Shown here: positions 51,039-64,000 of the stretch, piece after piece
Position numbering within the stretch: position 1 is the stretch's first letter
Layout of the letters: each line of letters starts with the position of its first letter
Assembly (NCBI RefSeq): GCF_963676685.1
Contig: NC_092349.1
Location: 87,358,001 to 87,422,000, forward strand
Length of the DNA stretch: 64,000 bases
Direction of reading: 5' to 3'
Origin: Mytilus edulis
Lineage: Eukaryota
Notes under the pieces: generated by a model
The model's database searches: none
Told to the model about the DNA's origin: nothing
What the model saw: only the letters and a program-made list of their open reading frames with translations
Program-made: the position numbers and the translations under genes

Positions 51039-54000
51039 GACTTGTACGATGTTTCAAGAAAGTAATAATACATTTTGCAAGACTAAACATTTGAGAAACT
51101 TAGTTAAGCCATAAAGCAGTAGTAGAAATGTAAGTTATTGTATAAACACTTTTTTTCATTTCCCTTCAACCGAGATTTTTATTCAAGAAAAAAAGTCATG
51201 AATCTAATAATTTGATAAAAAAGAACAATTTCAAGTAAAAGATGTCAGAATGTTGTACACATTTAAGACTTTTTAGAATGCAACTTCGTAAAAAAGTAAT
51301 ATATTAAAGAAATATGTTAGTGGTGAATAGGATGACGTTTGATTTTTATGGATGAAACGGAAGGAGGGGGGGGGGGGGCTAATTCATTTTAAAATAAACA
51401 GGCTGTGATCTTTACTTTTGATGAAAAAATGCAGGATGTGCCATTCCATCCCTCCATTCCCCCTTAAAAAAATCCTAAAAATCGCGCGTTTGTTGCCAAA
51501 TACATGAATTTAATATTCAGTGGTGGGGGTCCCGGGGTTGGAACAACCCTTTTTTGGACGATCAATGCATTTAAATTTTGGACATACAATTGGACCCCCC
51601 CTGTTTTGTCCTGGATTTGAACCTGGATCCACCACTGATATAAATTCGATAACAATATAAATGTATCAAAAGAATGAATTTCCGACTTCATTAGTGAATG
51701 AAATGTTTATGAAAATATAGATTTTGTCTTAATATTATATATATTCAGGCATATACTTTATTTTTTTTTGAATTCATGCTTGTCTCTAGATCTGCCAGTG
51801 TTGATCGGGATTAAACACGTGTTACATTATGATCCAATCGCAGCTTACCGCCCAAAATTTATGACATAAGTTGAATGATTTTCTTCTAGATTTGCTGCTT
51901 ATTTGGACGTGTATTACATGAACACTTTTTATAGGATCAATCGTGCATTGGTGAGTTGATAGGGATTTTATCTTTTGATAAGATTTTATTTTTATTTACT
52001 TATTTCCTGTCTTATTTTTTTTTTAAATATACACGTCAGTATCATCATTTCTTTACTTTCAGCATTGTCCAAAATACTATTCATGTCAATATATTGAAGA
52101 AAACATTTATTGACCGAATATTTTCTTCATAAAGGGGGTGGTATATTCTTTTTTGAGTATATTAACTATTTACTTTTCAACGCTATCACCCAAATGTTTT
52201 TGTTTAAATTAGCACTATTTACGGTATTCGGAAAATCAGGAATAAAGCAGAACATTAATTTGTCATCTACTTGACCATAATAATTTTCTTCTCATAAAAT
52301 TTGGGATCAAAATATCTATTTTAGGAGAAAACCATACCCCCCTTTTGAAGTTAAATGTCTAATCCCTTAGTGTACTGATATAAATAGTATTTTACTGGAA
52401 ATGTTTGGAAAAGATATTGATGCTAACGTAAATATTTTGTTCAATAAAAAGACAGGAAATAAGTCGGTGAACCAAACAGTTCAAATCTAATTGAAAGTTA
52501 AAGTGCCCATGAACTCACTGATCATGCACGAGTGATTCTATTCATAAAAAGAGTCCGTGTATCATCTAAAAAGAGTCCGTGTAACACCCGTTAATGTACT
52601 GTTTTTCTATAGCTCTACGGGGGCAAAGTCGTACAAAAACATATAATTATTATATAGTTGGTAAATATCGGCAAAAATAGTGCTCATAGGAATACCTAAA
52701 ACCTGATATTATAGCTAGCATAAATTTCACCATATATGACAGTTGATTATAGTTCTGTTCTATTGACACAATTAAATAAGCAACCGAATTAGACATGAAA
52801 ATGTAACGCTAATTGGAATAGTCCGTCACAATTGTATAAACATGCATCATAATTTACTAAAAAATGCAATTCACTTATACAATTAAATCTAACAAAGACT
52901 CAAACAATAAACACCACTCTTGTGTTTGAATGCGCAGGATCCATCTGAGCCAGGAACAACCAGATTAAAACCCCCACATTACTGATGCATGAATATCGAG
53001 TCCAAATAAAGCCAAGTATTCAAAAGTCAAGGGGGCATAGGTAATAGAGAAACAGTCTATGAACCAAAAAAAACAAAAAAACAAACAAACAACAACCCCA
53101 TAACAAACAGAAATATCCATATAACATCAGTTTGCTTTATGTAAGCATAATGGAAAAATTTCTGCACCTCAAATCAGACAACTTTTAACTCATGAAATTT
53201 CTTTCATCCAGCTTTAAATTTTATAAATGAGGTAACAAATGAAAGAAGAAAGATTAATATTTAAAATGGTGATAATTGTATTATGACATAGTTATTAAAT
53301 AACTAATTTGTGTAATTAGTTGCTATATTGTGACGTCCACACTTGAATGAAATTAGCTTCATTGATACATTATATCCAACATCCCAATATATTTTATATA
53401 TTCTTGCACAACACATTTTGACATCCAAAACCGTGTCAGATTTTTCCTATTATAATTCATTTTCTCAGTAAACCTTCAGTAAAGTTTGCAATCTCAATTC
53501 ATAAGTGATTACTTACTTTAATTGGGTATAAAATGTGTTCACTTGATGTTTTTTTGAAATCTGAGACACAGTTTTGAAGATAATTGGTCAAGAAAAAACA
53601 AGTGTGAAATCACGTCATATAGGGGTACCCATCTAGGAGCTGTATTCATTTTAAATTACTATTTTATTGACAAAAATGAATGTGTTACAACTGAAGTAAC
53701 AAAAACAGCTGATAATGAAATTTGATTTGTGATACCTTAGTTTCTTTATAAATTGAAAATTCATCAACAAACAATTGTATAAAGATGTTTTATTTTGTAA
53801 ATAATATCAGTACTAAAGTTCTGATTACTGCGCTTGATAGTCTACCAGCAGAAAAATCGACAGAGTGTTTTTAAAATGAAAACTACACGTGACAGATTTA
53901 ATGCTTTCAAATATGAACTAAAGTTGCAAATTATTCTACTTGATCACTAGTGGCCGGTTACCTCATTCGCAATCACACTACACCTTTTCATCTTACTCGA

Positions 54001-54519
54001 TCAAAAAACAACAAACCAGACACCAAAATTATCATTTGCATACACGAAAAAGTAAAATAACAAAAATACAGAACTCCGATGGAAATTCTAAAGGAGAGTT
54101 CCTAAGCAAATGACAAAATCAAAAACCAAAATACATCAAACGAATGAACAACAACTGTTATATTCCTGATGTGATACAGGTAATTGGTACTTGGTACTAA
54201 ATGTTAGAAAAATATGCAAAAAGAAAATCAAAAATATATTAAAACATAAATAACAGTCTTCACCTTTTTGCAATACGGAAACTGAACAGTAAATATCGGA
54301 TTATTGTGTATTAATCCTGGAATATAATAATGCATTGATTCCATATATAAACCGGTGCACTGATTCCGGAAAGTTGATGGTGTATAAAGTAAAATCACAA
54401 AAATACTGAACCCAGGGGAAAATCAATTCGGAAAGTCCATAATCACATGGCAAAATCAAATAACAAAACACATAAAAAACGAATGGACAAGAAATGTCAT
54501 ATTCCTTCTTCCAACATTG

Positions 54520-55206
54520 CATAAATTCCCTACATCTAATGGTGTATTAGTACGTTACATCCAGTGGTGTATTTAGTCTAATGGTGCATAAATTTCCTAC
54601 ACCCAACTGTGTATTTATCTAAATTCTGCATCAAAATATGTATTTATCCTTAACATGAAATGGTGTATAAATTCCAAACATGCAATGGTTTAAACGTTCC
54701 CTACATCCAATTTGTGTATTGTTACTCTTAATGCAAAGCTTGATTAGTACATAATATCCAATGGTGTATTAATTCCATACACACAATGGTGTATTAGTTC
54801 ACTGCATCCAAAATTGAAGTAAGGGCATACAACACAGTTTCGATACCTAGATGAATTATTTTGACAAAGTTGCATGATACATACCATCCAAAGGTGTATT
54901 AATGAACTACACTCTTACATCCAGTGATGTATTTATTCCATATGTTCAATAGTGTTTAAATTTCCCTGCATGAAATGGTGTATTTTATCCCCATTAGAAA
55001 AGTGCATAAATTCCAAACATAAAATGGTGTAAAAGTTCCCTACATCAAATGTGTGCATTATTACTCTAAATTCAAAACTGGATTAGTACATAATATCCAA
55101 TGGTGTATTAATTACCTACACACAATGGTGTATTAATTCCCTACACACAATGGTGTATTAGTTCATTGCATCCAAAATTAAAGTAAGGGCATACAACCCA
55201 GTTTCG
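54520..55206. repeat. Degenerate ~22-bp tandem array with a ~190-bp higher-order duplication
   Basis: Consensus near TTCCCTACATCCAATGGTGTATTAA. 54665-54842 is repeated at 55005-55206 (GATTAGTACATAATATCCAATGG...AAGTAAGGGCATACAAC). Confidence 0.75.
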
Positions 55207-56539
55207 GGTGCTGTATACGGTGCAGGAAATGCCTACCCTTCCGGAGCACCTGAGTTCACTCCCGGTTTTTAGTGGAGTTCGTGTTGTTTCTTATCTATTA
55301 TTTATAACTGTTGATGTAAATGTCTTTGTTTCCCCATTGGTTTTGATTGTTATTGTCTTTCGATACCACGATGAATTATTTTTGACGAAAACCTGCATAC
55401 AAGCTTTTTTTCACCTAATAAATTCAAATATGTAATAAAAAATAGTAGTATACCGCTGTTTGAAAGTCATAAAAGATTGAGAGAAAACAAAACCGGGTTA
55501 CACACTAAAACTGAGGTAAACACATCAACTATAAGAGGAAAACATTGAAACACTGAAGTGCAATAAAAACCAAAACGATAATGCAAAACACACAGAAACG
55601 AACTATAAGATAACAACTGCCATTTTCCGGACTAGGTACAGTACGTTTTAAGAAAAAAATAGTTTGTTGAACGTACGTTGAATTTGTCATGAACATTAGT
55701 ACAAATATCCTTCATACTCAAACAAAGCAAATGTCATTTTTAAAAAGAGGATTCATGAACTCGTTTTAAAGTTAAATCAGTTCGAATGAGAAAAATCAGT
55801 CGACAAATGCATCTGTTCCCGATATGTCACAATTTGGAGTCACACAAAATAAAATTTAACATTAGCAACATCTTTACCTCTCCTATAACTGTATCATATG
55901 CCTTACTACATAATCTCCAATAATGTATGTACTCCTTATGTTCAATGGTGAATAAATTCCCGATATCCAATAGTGACTTAATTCTAAAAATCCAATGATG
56001 TAATATATCCTGAGATCGATATGTTTGAAACACCTTTCTATGACATATACTCCCATTTGAATCATTTAAACATGATATGAATCATAAGATCATCTTTTTA
56101 TTTTTCTTTTCAAATTCTAATTAAGGAATATAATCATCTTGATTTACATTGTAGCTTGTAACAGTCGTGTTCCGGTAACATTGCATCAGACGTGTAACAA
56201 AAAAGGTATATACTAGACGCTAAGGTTGGCTAATTATACTTTTAATGTAGGGAATGTGTCAAAACATTTATCATCAATCTAAATCATATTCGTATTGTTG
56301 ACCGGCTATATATCTCAACTACTTTTTGCTTCGCTATTGCAATCTAAAACTCTTTCATCTCGCAATAGTACTTGAACCAATACAAACTAAAAGACAAACT
56401 GAAAGAATTGGTTCTGCTTTGTTTCATTCAAATAATGACCAACGAAGATACAAGTACGGAGGCATAAATACTACTTCGTAAATAATCACTCTGAATCAAA
56501 CAAAAAGTTCTCTGACATTACAAAGATACACGATTACTT

Positions 56540-56915
56540 GTTTGACAACATATTTTATACGTTTTGAGGACGTATTTTCCAACAAACAATCAGCATTCCC
56601 ATGATCACAAAATGTTCCCCTCTTCTTGCCGACTCTTTCATTTGAAGCTGATTTCATACATTAACTTCATCTGAGAGAGAGTCCGCAGTATCTTTATTTT
56701 GCAATATAAATTATGTTATCTAACTGAATAACTCTAAATTGGTGACTATCATGAACGCACCTATCACATGCAACATGAAATAAAAGGTACAACAGATATA
56801 GTTAAGTCTATTTCATATCATGATGTGCATCTAGAAATTGAAAATGAGTGTCTTTTGAAAACAAAACTTTACGACAAAACAGATGATTTCAGTTTCCCAA
56901 TTTTGAATGTTCCTT
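56540..56915 (+). pseudogene. Decayed Penelope-like reverse-transcriptase fragment
   Basis: Frameshifted DNIF..F.GRIFQQTISIPMITKCSPLLAD (cf. QQxxGIPMGTNCAPLLADL) and LKTKLYDKTDDFSFPILNVP. Confidence 0.75.
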
Positions 56916-58199
56916 TGGTATCTTTTGCCTCTCTTGAATCAAATTAACTTAGTGTTACATCGCTCTCCGATGTCTTCATATGCTTGTAATAACTTTAAAT
57001 GTTTAGCGCGTGTTTCATAACGACGAATGAGCATATACATTTTCATCACAATCGGAAATTTTTTTTTATTGATTCGTTTGTTTTTCTTCATTGCAAATTC
57101 TTTTCACCATAGTACAAGTATTGTCTCCCTTCTGGTATGACGTTAAATCATATGTAACAGTGAAGTAAAGCCATTATTATTAGAGTTTACGACTGCTCGG
57201 AAAATTTCGACGTTAATAGTAGTTGAGCTGACCTTTAGATAATGTTAGCAAGTCAAGAAACGTGTCAGTGATTGTCTTATGTGATAACTTTGTTTTGCTT
57301 ATTTGAATAAATTTTGGGCGATCGTACATTTTCTGTAGAATAAGGACAATGTTGCATTTGACATATTCTATAGTCACATTCGTATTAATAAACAACAATG
57401 ACCGAACATCGGTTAAACGAGTTAGCGTCAATGCAAATTTCAGAAATAAACCAAAAATACACATGATGTTGGTGATTCAAAACCACAAAATATTAGTATT
57501 CAGTATCGTACAAAGATAAAAGAATATGGTAACTTTTGAGCTTGAGAGACTAAGAACATATGTATTTTGTTTGAAACCGTATGTAGACAACGAAAGGACG
57601 TTTGATATTATTGTAATGATGACCTACTGTCTCATTAAAAAAAAAATCATATCTGTCTCCTTTTATTTGAAAATATTTCAAAATCATGAAAGTGTTTTGA
57701 AAAGAGTTTTAATTTGAAATATGCTAGGGTAAATGCATTTTACATTTAAAATTACGTAGGTGCCAGTATTCAACTTTTAAATATATTATATCTATAATAA
57801 AAGATATAGTAGTGTAAGGCATACAAAAACAATTATTAGGAAATAAATGAAACAGCCAATATCATCCTAATATTCATTTTGTTGAAATTGCAATACCTTA
57901 ACAGCTAAAAGTTTAAGTGTTATAAAAGGAACATATATAAGAACTTTATGAAACCGTAATGTTCACAAAAAATATATTATGAATTATTCGAATTTAATAA
58001 TTAATATCTATAAGGAAACTATTATAATTATGTTTCCAAAGAGTAATAAGAAAAAGAATCAGTCTGTTACAGTTGAAACCCAAAATTCAACTAACACACA
58101 CGTACATATAGTTCAAGTCTAAAAATCACTTTTGTATTTTGAAACGTTCCTAAATTAAACGTGTGATTTGTCAACCTCAGCATCGAGTGTACACTATTT

Positions 58200-58472
58200 C
58201 GTAACATATCAATTACAATCGATTACATACGTTACATCTATCGTACACTAGTTTGACATGCTAAAATGTATAATTAATCTAACAGGTTCAAATCAAACAT
58301 GATAATAAAGAGATATGACTAATGTTTTAGCATGTTTCTATTTTACAAGGCGTTAAAGTTGAACGCACTGTTTCCTGTAGTAAATTATTATAAAAGGTGT
58401 CCAGTCTCTGAATATGGCCACAATTTGATTGTCCTCCCTGATTACCATAGCATCTCACTGCTACAAGTAAAG
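58200..58472 (+). promoter_or_regulatory. Promoter, TATA box (TATAAAAG 58389-58396) and non-coding exon 1 of Gly/Met gene B (donor AAG|GTAGGT after 58472)
   Basis: Homologous to 43230-43513. Acceptor at 60048, 9 nt before the ATG. Confidence 0.78.
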
Positions 58473-60057
58473 GTAGGTTGTTTTAATAGAAATTTACTAT
58501 TTGGTGTTTTGACAATTTAACTAAGGTTTCGCCTCTATCAGGTAAGAAGGACCCTAGATTGGTTGGTTTATTATTTAAAAGGAATTGCTAAGCATATGAG
58601 GGTTCGTGATATTCATTTTTCATACCTAGCTTTCAAATATTTGACTTTGATTGAAAGTTAATTAAGAACAGGCTGCCAGTTAATTCAGTTGAAATTACTT
58701 AATATCTGATTTCATTAACTGCAATTTTAAACACAAACATCTTTTTTAGCTGCAAAAAAAAAAACCCGAACGATTTCGTCTTCAAATTATACTATGCATA
58801 AGTTTTGTACATGACATATTTAAAAACTGTATTTAGTTGTATCCTTTAACGAATCAACATTTATTTTTCGTTTTCCTGAACAGAAACATACATGGAAAAT
58901 ATAGAAATTTTATTCGATATATTTTTTTTTTTAAACTACCACATATTAAACTTCATTTTTAAAATCAATAACTGGGCATTTTTCCTGGTTTTTCCTGGTT
59001 TTTATCTGATTTTGTTATACATAGAATAAATTCAATATGCATCAAACTTTACTTCAACGTTTAGGTGATAGTTCCTATAACAAACTGTTGAATACATACA
59101 TTTTAAACCGAAAGGAAATAAGGCTGTACATAACTTGATTAATATCTTTAACACATTTACAATAATCATTGCATATTAAAAAATGCAAAATACCCTCGTG
59201 AATTTGTTGTTACTATTCTAATGTAGGTTTAAAAAATATCAATTAAAACCAAAACATTATCATTAATTGTCTTGTTTCTATTTTACATATATTGATAGAC
59301 ATTCATATATCGCTACAATAAAAATGAATGTTGAACGTTATAAATATAATTCGTCTGAAAACGTTATGTAGATAAACCAGGAGTGCTCAAACCAAACAAA
59401 GAAATATTAAAAAGCAAGGATGTTTAAGTATTTGAATACATAATAAGTATATCCCTTAATGTAGCTGAACTGTATTTTGTTATCTTTGATTGTTAAATAG
59501 CAGTCAAATATCAGAATAATTTATTGCATACATTTTGAGACATAAAGTAATGTGAAGATATATTCCATATTCCCAACAAAACTTTTTTTTCTTACATACT
59601 TGTGTTTTTTTTCATTAAAAATCTATGCACATTTTAGAAATTTTGAATGACTTGTAGCTTGAAATATAACATGGTTACCCATAGAGATTTTATTAATCAG
59701 AATTATACATAAAAACAAAATTGATTGGTCTTATCATTTATTTTTATTCTATAGATCACTAAAATATATTTCATGAATGTTCTTATTGCCTAAAACTATT
59801 TCAATAATAATAGATACAAGTAAAATGTTTTTTTGTACTTATGAGTTTAAATTCCCTTTTTTGTTTCTTTTGCCTCTTGCGCGAATATTAATCAGTGTTA
59901 ATAGATTACACATGTTACACGATGTCAGGAAAGCAAAACAATATCTTCTAATGAAATTATTTTCGATATTAGCAGAAAATAAACAAAAAACAAATGAATT
60001 ACAAATATTTGTTTCTTTTCCTAACAACCATTTCGTCTTTTATTTCAGTCTTTCATA

Positions 60058-63000
60058 ATGAATCCAATTCAGATCGTTGTCACATTTATGGCTGTCTTCG
60101 TCACAGTAAATGGTTTTCCCTACGGTGGCGGTATGGGCGGCGGTATGATGGGTGGTGGTATGATGGGTGGTGGTATGGGTATGGGTGGTATGGGTATGGG
60201 CAAAATGATGGGTGGTGGTATGGGCGGTGGAATGGGCGGTGGAATGGGAGGTGGAATGGGCGGTAGAAAAGGTATGCAGATGGAAATGGAAGCCGCTCCG
60301 GGTGGTATGGGCGGCGGTATGGGTGGAATGGGTATGGAGGTTGAAATGAAACCCACTCCAGCTGCTGGTAACAGAATGGGCGGTGGAATGGGAGGCGGTA
60401 TGGGAGGTGGTATGGGAGGCGGTATGGGAGGAATGGGCGGTGGAATGGGTATGGAGGTTGAAATGAAACCCGCTCCAGCTGCTGGTAACAAGATGGGCGG
60501 TGGAATGGGCGGCGGTATGGGAGGTGGTATGGGAGGCGGTATGGGAGGAATGGGCGGCGGAATGGGTATGGAGGTTGAAATGAAACCCACTCCAGCTGCT
60601 GGTAACAAGATGGGCGGTGGAATGGGAGGAGGTATGGGAGGAATGAGCGGCGGAATGGGTATGGAGGTTGAAATGAAACCCGCTCCAGCTGCTGGTAACA
60701 AGATGGGCGGTGGAATGGGAGGCGGTATGGGAGGAATGGGCGGTGGAATGGGCGGTATGGGTGGGATGATGGGCGGTGGAATGGGTGGTGGAAAAGGAAT
60801 GCAGGTTGAAATGGAAGCCGGCCCAGGTGGAATGGGAGGTGGTATGGGTGGAATGGGCGGTGGAATGGGTCAGATGATGATGATGCCGATGCCAATGCAA
60901 ATGGCAATGCCACAACAAATGCCAATGTCAATGATGGGAGGTAATTAGAATTGTTATTTAAAATTTAAATTACATTTTTCCATTCAATGTTTTGTTTGCT
61001 GTACGGTCGAGAAACTTCACCCTTTTGTATAATCCATTCATCGCACGCAGATAATACAATATATATGTTTAAGCATGATACCTCTTACAAAAATAATTCA
61101 CCTGTCATTTAAATATAGTCAATCAAAAACGATCATATACGAATTGAATAAAAAAAATCAATGTAAATCGTGTCGAAAGTTTGCGATTACATGTAATATA
61201 TTTCATGTCGTAAGTCTGACATTAAATGTAATATATTTAAAAACAAAATTAAATATATATTTCATGTTGAAGATAGGGAAAGTAAAAACTTAAGGTACCT
61301 ACATAAACAAAACCGATTTGTATTGTGTTCAACATTAATGTAAATCCTTTTTTTAATTTAATTTGGTGGATATTGACAATCATACCACATCTCCTTATTT
61401 TTATAATTTATGATTATGTAAAGTGTTAATGATACTTTTTATTTATTTTCATGTCATAAAGGTATGGGCGGTGGAATGGGCGGAGGTATGGGTAAGATGA
61501 TGATGCCTATGCCAATGCAAATGCCAATGTCAATGCCAGAACCCATGCCAATGCCAATGCCAAAAATGGAAATGGAAATGCCAATGCCAAAGATGGGAGG
61601 TGGAATGATGGGCGGTGGAATGGGCGGTGGTATGATGGGCGCCGGCATGAGCGGTGGTATGATGGGCGCTGGAATGGGCGCAGGAATGGGCGCTGGAATG
61701 GAAATGGAAGGCAGTATGGGTGGAATGGGAGGCGGTATGGGCGGTGGAATGGGAGGTGCTATGGGTGGAATGGGCGCAGCTATGGCTAAAATGATGATGA
61801 TGCCAGAACCTATGCCAATGCAAAAGCCAATGCCAAAAATGGAAATCGAAATGCCACCAGGAATGTCAAAAATGATGGGAGCTAAAATGATGGCTGCCAT
61901 GATGGGAGGTAAATAAAATTGATTTCATTTTCTTCTCCTACTTTTAAATTAATTGTTGTGCAAGCTGTATAGGAGAAAACACAAAATTCACCATTTCGTA
62001 TCATCCATTCATTGATGTGACATAATATGTTAAAAGTATAGACCTTTCACAAAAGATACAAAAACCGATTCATGCGGGTATATTGAAAACCTACAAATTA
62101 ATACGAATATAAATACGAAAAAGAGTTATAAAAAATAAAAGTCATGTTACTCTAATGTACATTTTATAATAATATCAATGACAATGTTTTTAACAAATAA
62201 ATGTATATATTTATAGTATAAGCTAAGATGAATTTCATATATTTTAAAGTTGTACATGCATAAAGGTAAGACACACATTATCATATTTATGAATGAAACG
62301 TTTAAATTGTACACAATATCTATTTACTTGTATTTATTATGTATAGTGTATATGATGTTCAATATATGTCTTGTTTCCATATAGGTATGAGCGGCGGAAT
62401 GGGCGGAGGAATGGGAGGAGGAATGGCCGGTGGAATGGGCGGAACAATGGGAGGAATGGGAGGAGGAATGGGAGGAATGGGAATGGGAGGAGCAATGGGA
62501 GGAATGGGAATGGGAGGAGCAATGGGAGGAATGGGAATGGGAGGCAAAAGTAAGTCATAGTTCATTCAAGATTTAATAAAGGAATAAATGCCTTTTTTTC
62601 AGAGTATAAAGGACTTTTATGATATGTTTATGAGTGACGTGGTTCGGTTAAAAAAACAATAATATCCTTTGTAAAGTCTTATGATCCTTTATTTTGTCTG
62701 TATATCTGTGTCACTGAATTGGCATGGCACCTTCATATATTTTTTTGGTTCAAATAAATGTTTTGTGTTTCTTGTTTAATTAAAAAATGAACGCGAAGTG
62801 AAAATAAATATGTGAAACGTCGAAACAGTGTGTTTTATTATAGTATTTATCTTGTTTACGTTGTTAAGGAAAATTAGTTCCATCAACGGCGTCTACAAAT
62901 TAATGACTTCCAGATCCTCTACAAAATACCCTTTCAATCAATCATATTGACGTATACTTTGATATGCATATCATATCAGAATAATGTTTTTAATAATGAA

Positions 63001-63626
63001 CTATTGAATTGCTTATATCAACATTATTTGAACTTTTTTGATGGTTACCTATTTGGCAATCATACAAAGTGTTTTTATAATTTTATATAGAATGTGTAAA
63101 TATTTATAATTCTTGTATCAACATAAAAGTCAATAAATTGATAAACATGTATTTTTTTAAATTGCAGGATATAGAAGATCTACTGGTATGTAGAACAGCA
63201 TTTATATTTATTTAGCAGACTATAATTATTTCTTAAAATGGCATTATTTTGTATCAGATGTATCAGATTCAAGTTTTATTATCCTCAGACACAAGCAGTA
63301 TATAAATGGTCAATATACATACATCAATACATAAATGAACAAATGATCTATACCTGTATACAGTACCTACAATATAATTATGAAAACACATTAGAGGTAT
63401 GACAATAGAAGCTAACACACTTTTAACAACCACGTGGTTATAGTAGTCAAAGATTGTTGAAAAATAAACAAGACAAGTATATTTTAGTCGTAGAGTTGAG
63501 TACTCCCGTAGTAAGCAAAAGTAAACATATACTAAAGTAGAAACAAAGTTGAAATTAATTTCCTTTTTGATGTTTACTCATGTGGACTTTTGTTTTCTTT
63601 CAGATTCTTATTCATATGATTACTGA
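60058..63626 (+). CDS. Secreted Gly/Met/Pro-rich structural protein B, paralog of A; join(60058..60940,61462..61908,62385..62549,63168..63185,63604..63626), 511 aa
   Basis: MNPIQIVVTFMAVFVTVNG|FPYGGG, (MGGG)n, four MEVEMKP(T/A)PAAGN modules, MP-rich blocks and the tail GK-RYRRST-DSYSYDY*. GT-AG phase-1 introns. AATAAA at 63679. Confidence 0.88.
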
Positions 63627-63678
63627 TCAACATCATAGACGTCGTATTAGTCCGAAACTAACCATTGTTGTACATTAT

Positions 63679-63684
63679 AATAAA
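63679..63684 (+). terminator. Polyadenylation signal of gene B
   Basis: AATAAA about 53 nt after the stop, same context as in gene A. Confidence 0.7.
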
Positions 63685-64000
63685 TGTTTTTACATGTTTC
63701 TAAATTGTTTTCTTATGACGTTCACCCCTTATATGAATTACTTATTAGTCGATACAACATCTTTATTCATTGGTGGAAACATTGTCATTGGTTATTACTA
63801 ACTGTTCAGCAAATGCATCAAATTTTATCATGACACGGTTGGTGAATAAGGAACTAGTAAAAAATTTGTCGACAATATTCTTGGTTTCTTCATTGTAATA
63901 AGTATTTGATAATTGTTCATGAGGACATTGTCTATATAAATAAAGAATTTAAAAGAGAAAAAAAACCAACAGCATGATTTGATCTATAGCAATAAAGTTA

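Noticed and set aside
12662-63626. Functional coupling of the HSD cluster with the Gly/Met genes (for example cross-link or redox chemistry)
   Set aside because: Only adjacency supports it. I saw no shared promoter blocks, and neighbouring tandem families in animal genomes are usually unrelated. It would need co-expression or conserved synteny.

Overview
AT-rich, intron-containing animal genomic DNA. The repeat landscape and gene content point to a bivalve mollusc, most likely a Mytilus-type mussel (inference). Five multi-exon genes can be built by hand with canonical GT-AG, all-phase-1 coding introns. Three are paralogous 3beta-hydroxysteroid dehydrogenase-like extended SDR genes: one on the minus strand, head-to-head with two tandem plus-strand copies, each with 4 coding exons and 354-356 aa. 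Two are paralogous secreted Gly/Met/Pro-rich protein genes (263 and 511 aa). The ORF track misses their last two exons: an 18-nt micro-exon and a 23-nt terminal exon, which together add a conserved K-R-Y-R-R-(A/S)-T-D-S-Y-S-Y-D-Y* tail. The proteins look like bifunctional hinge-ligament precursors, with an abductin-like elastomer body, a furin-type site and a short acidic Tyr-rich peptide resembling the pearl-oyster ligament peptide LICP. The non-coding DNA holds retrozyme-type repeats with minimal type I hammerhead ribozymes (one intact-looking copy is in sense orientation in an HSD intron), a 74/76-bp minisatellite, nested TIR transposons (CACTG-ended, Kolobok-like, Academ, Harbinger-like, Tc1/mariner-like), a tRNA-SINE, LINE and Penelope fragments, and a 165-N gap. 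Coordinates were counted by hand and no database search was possible.
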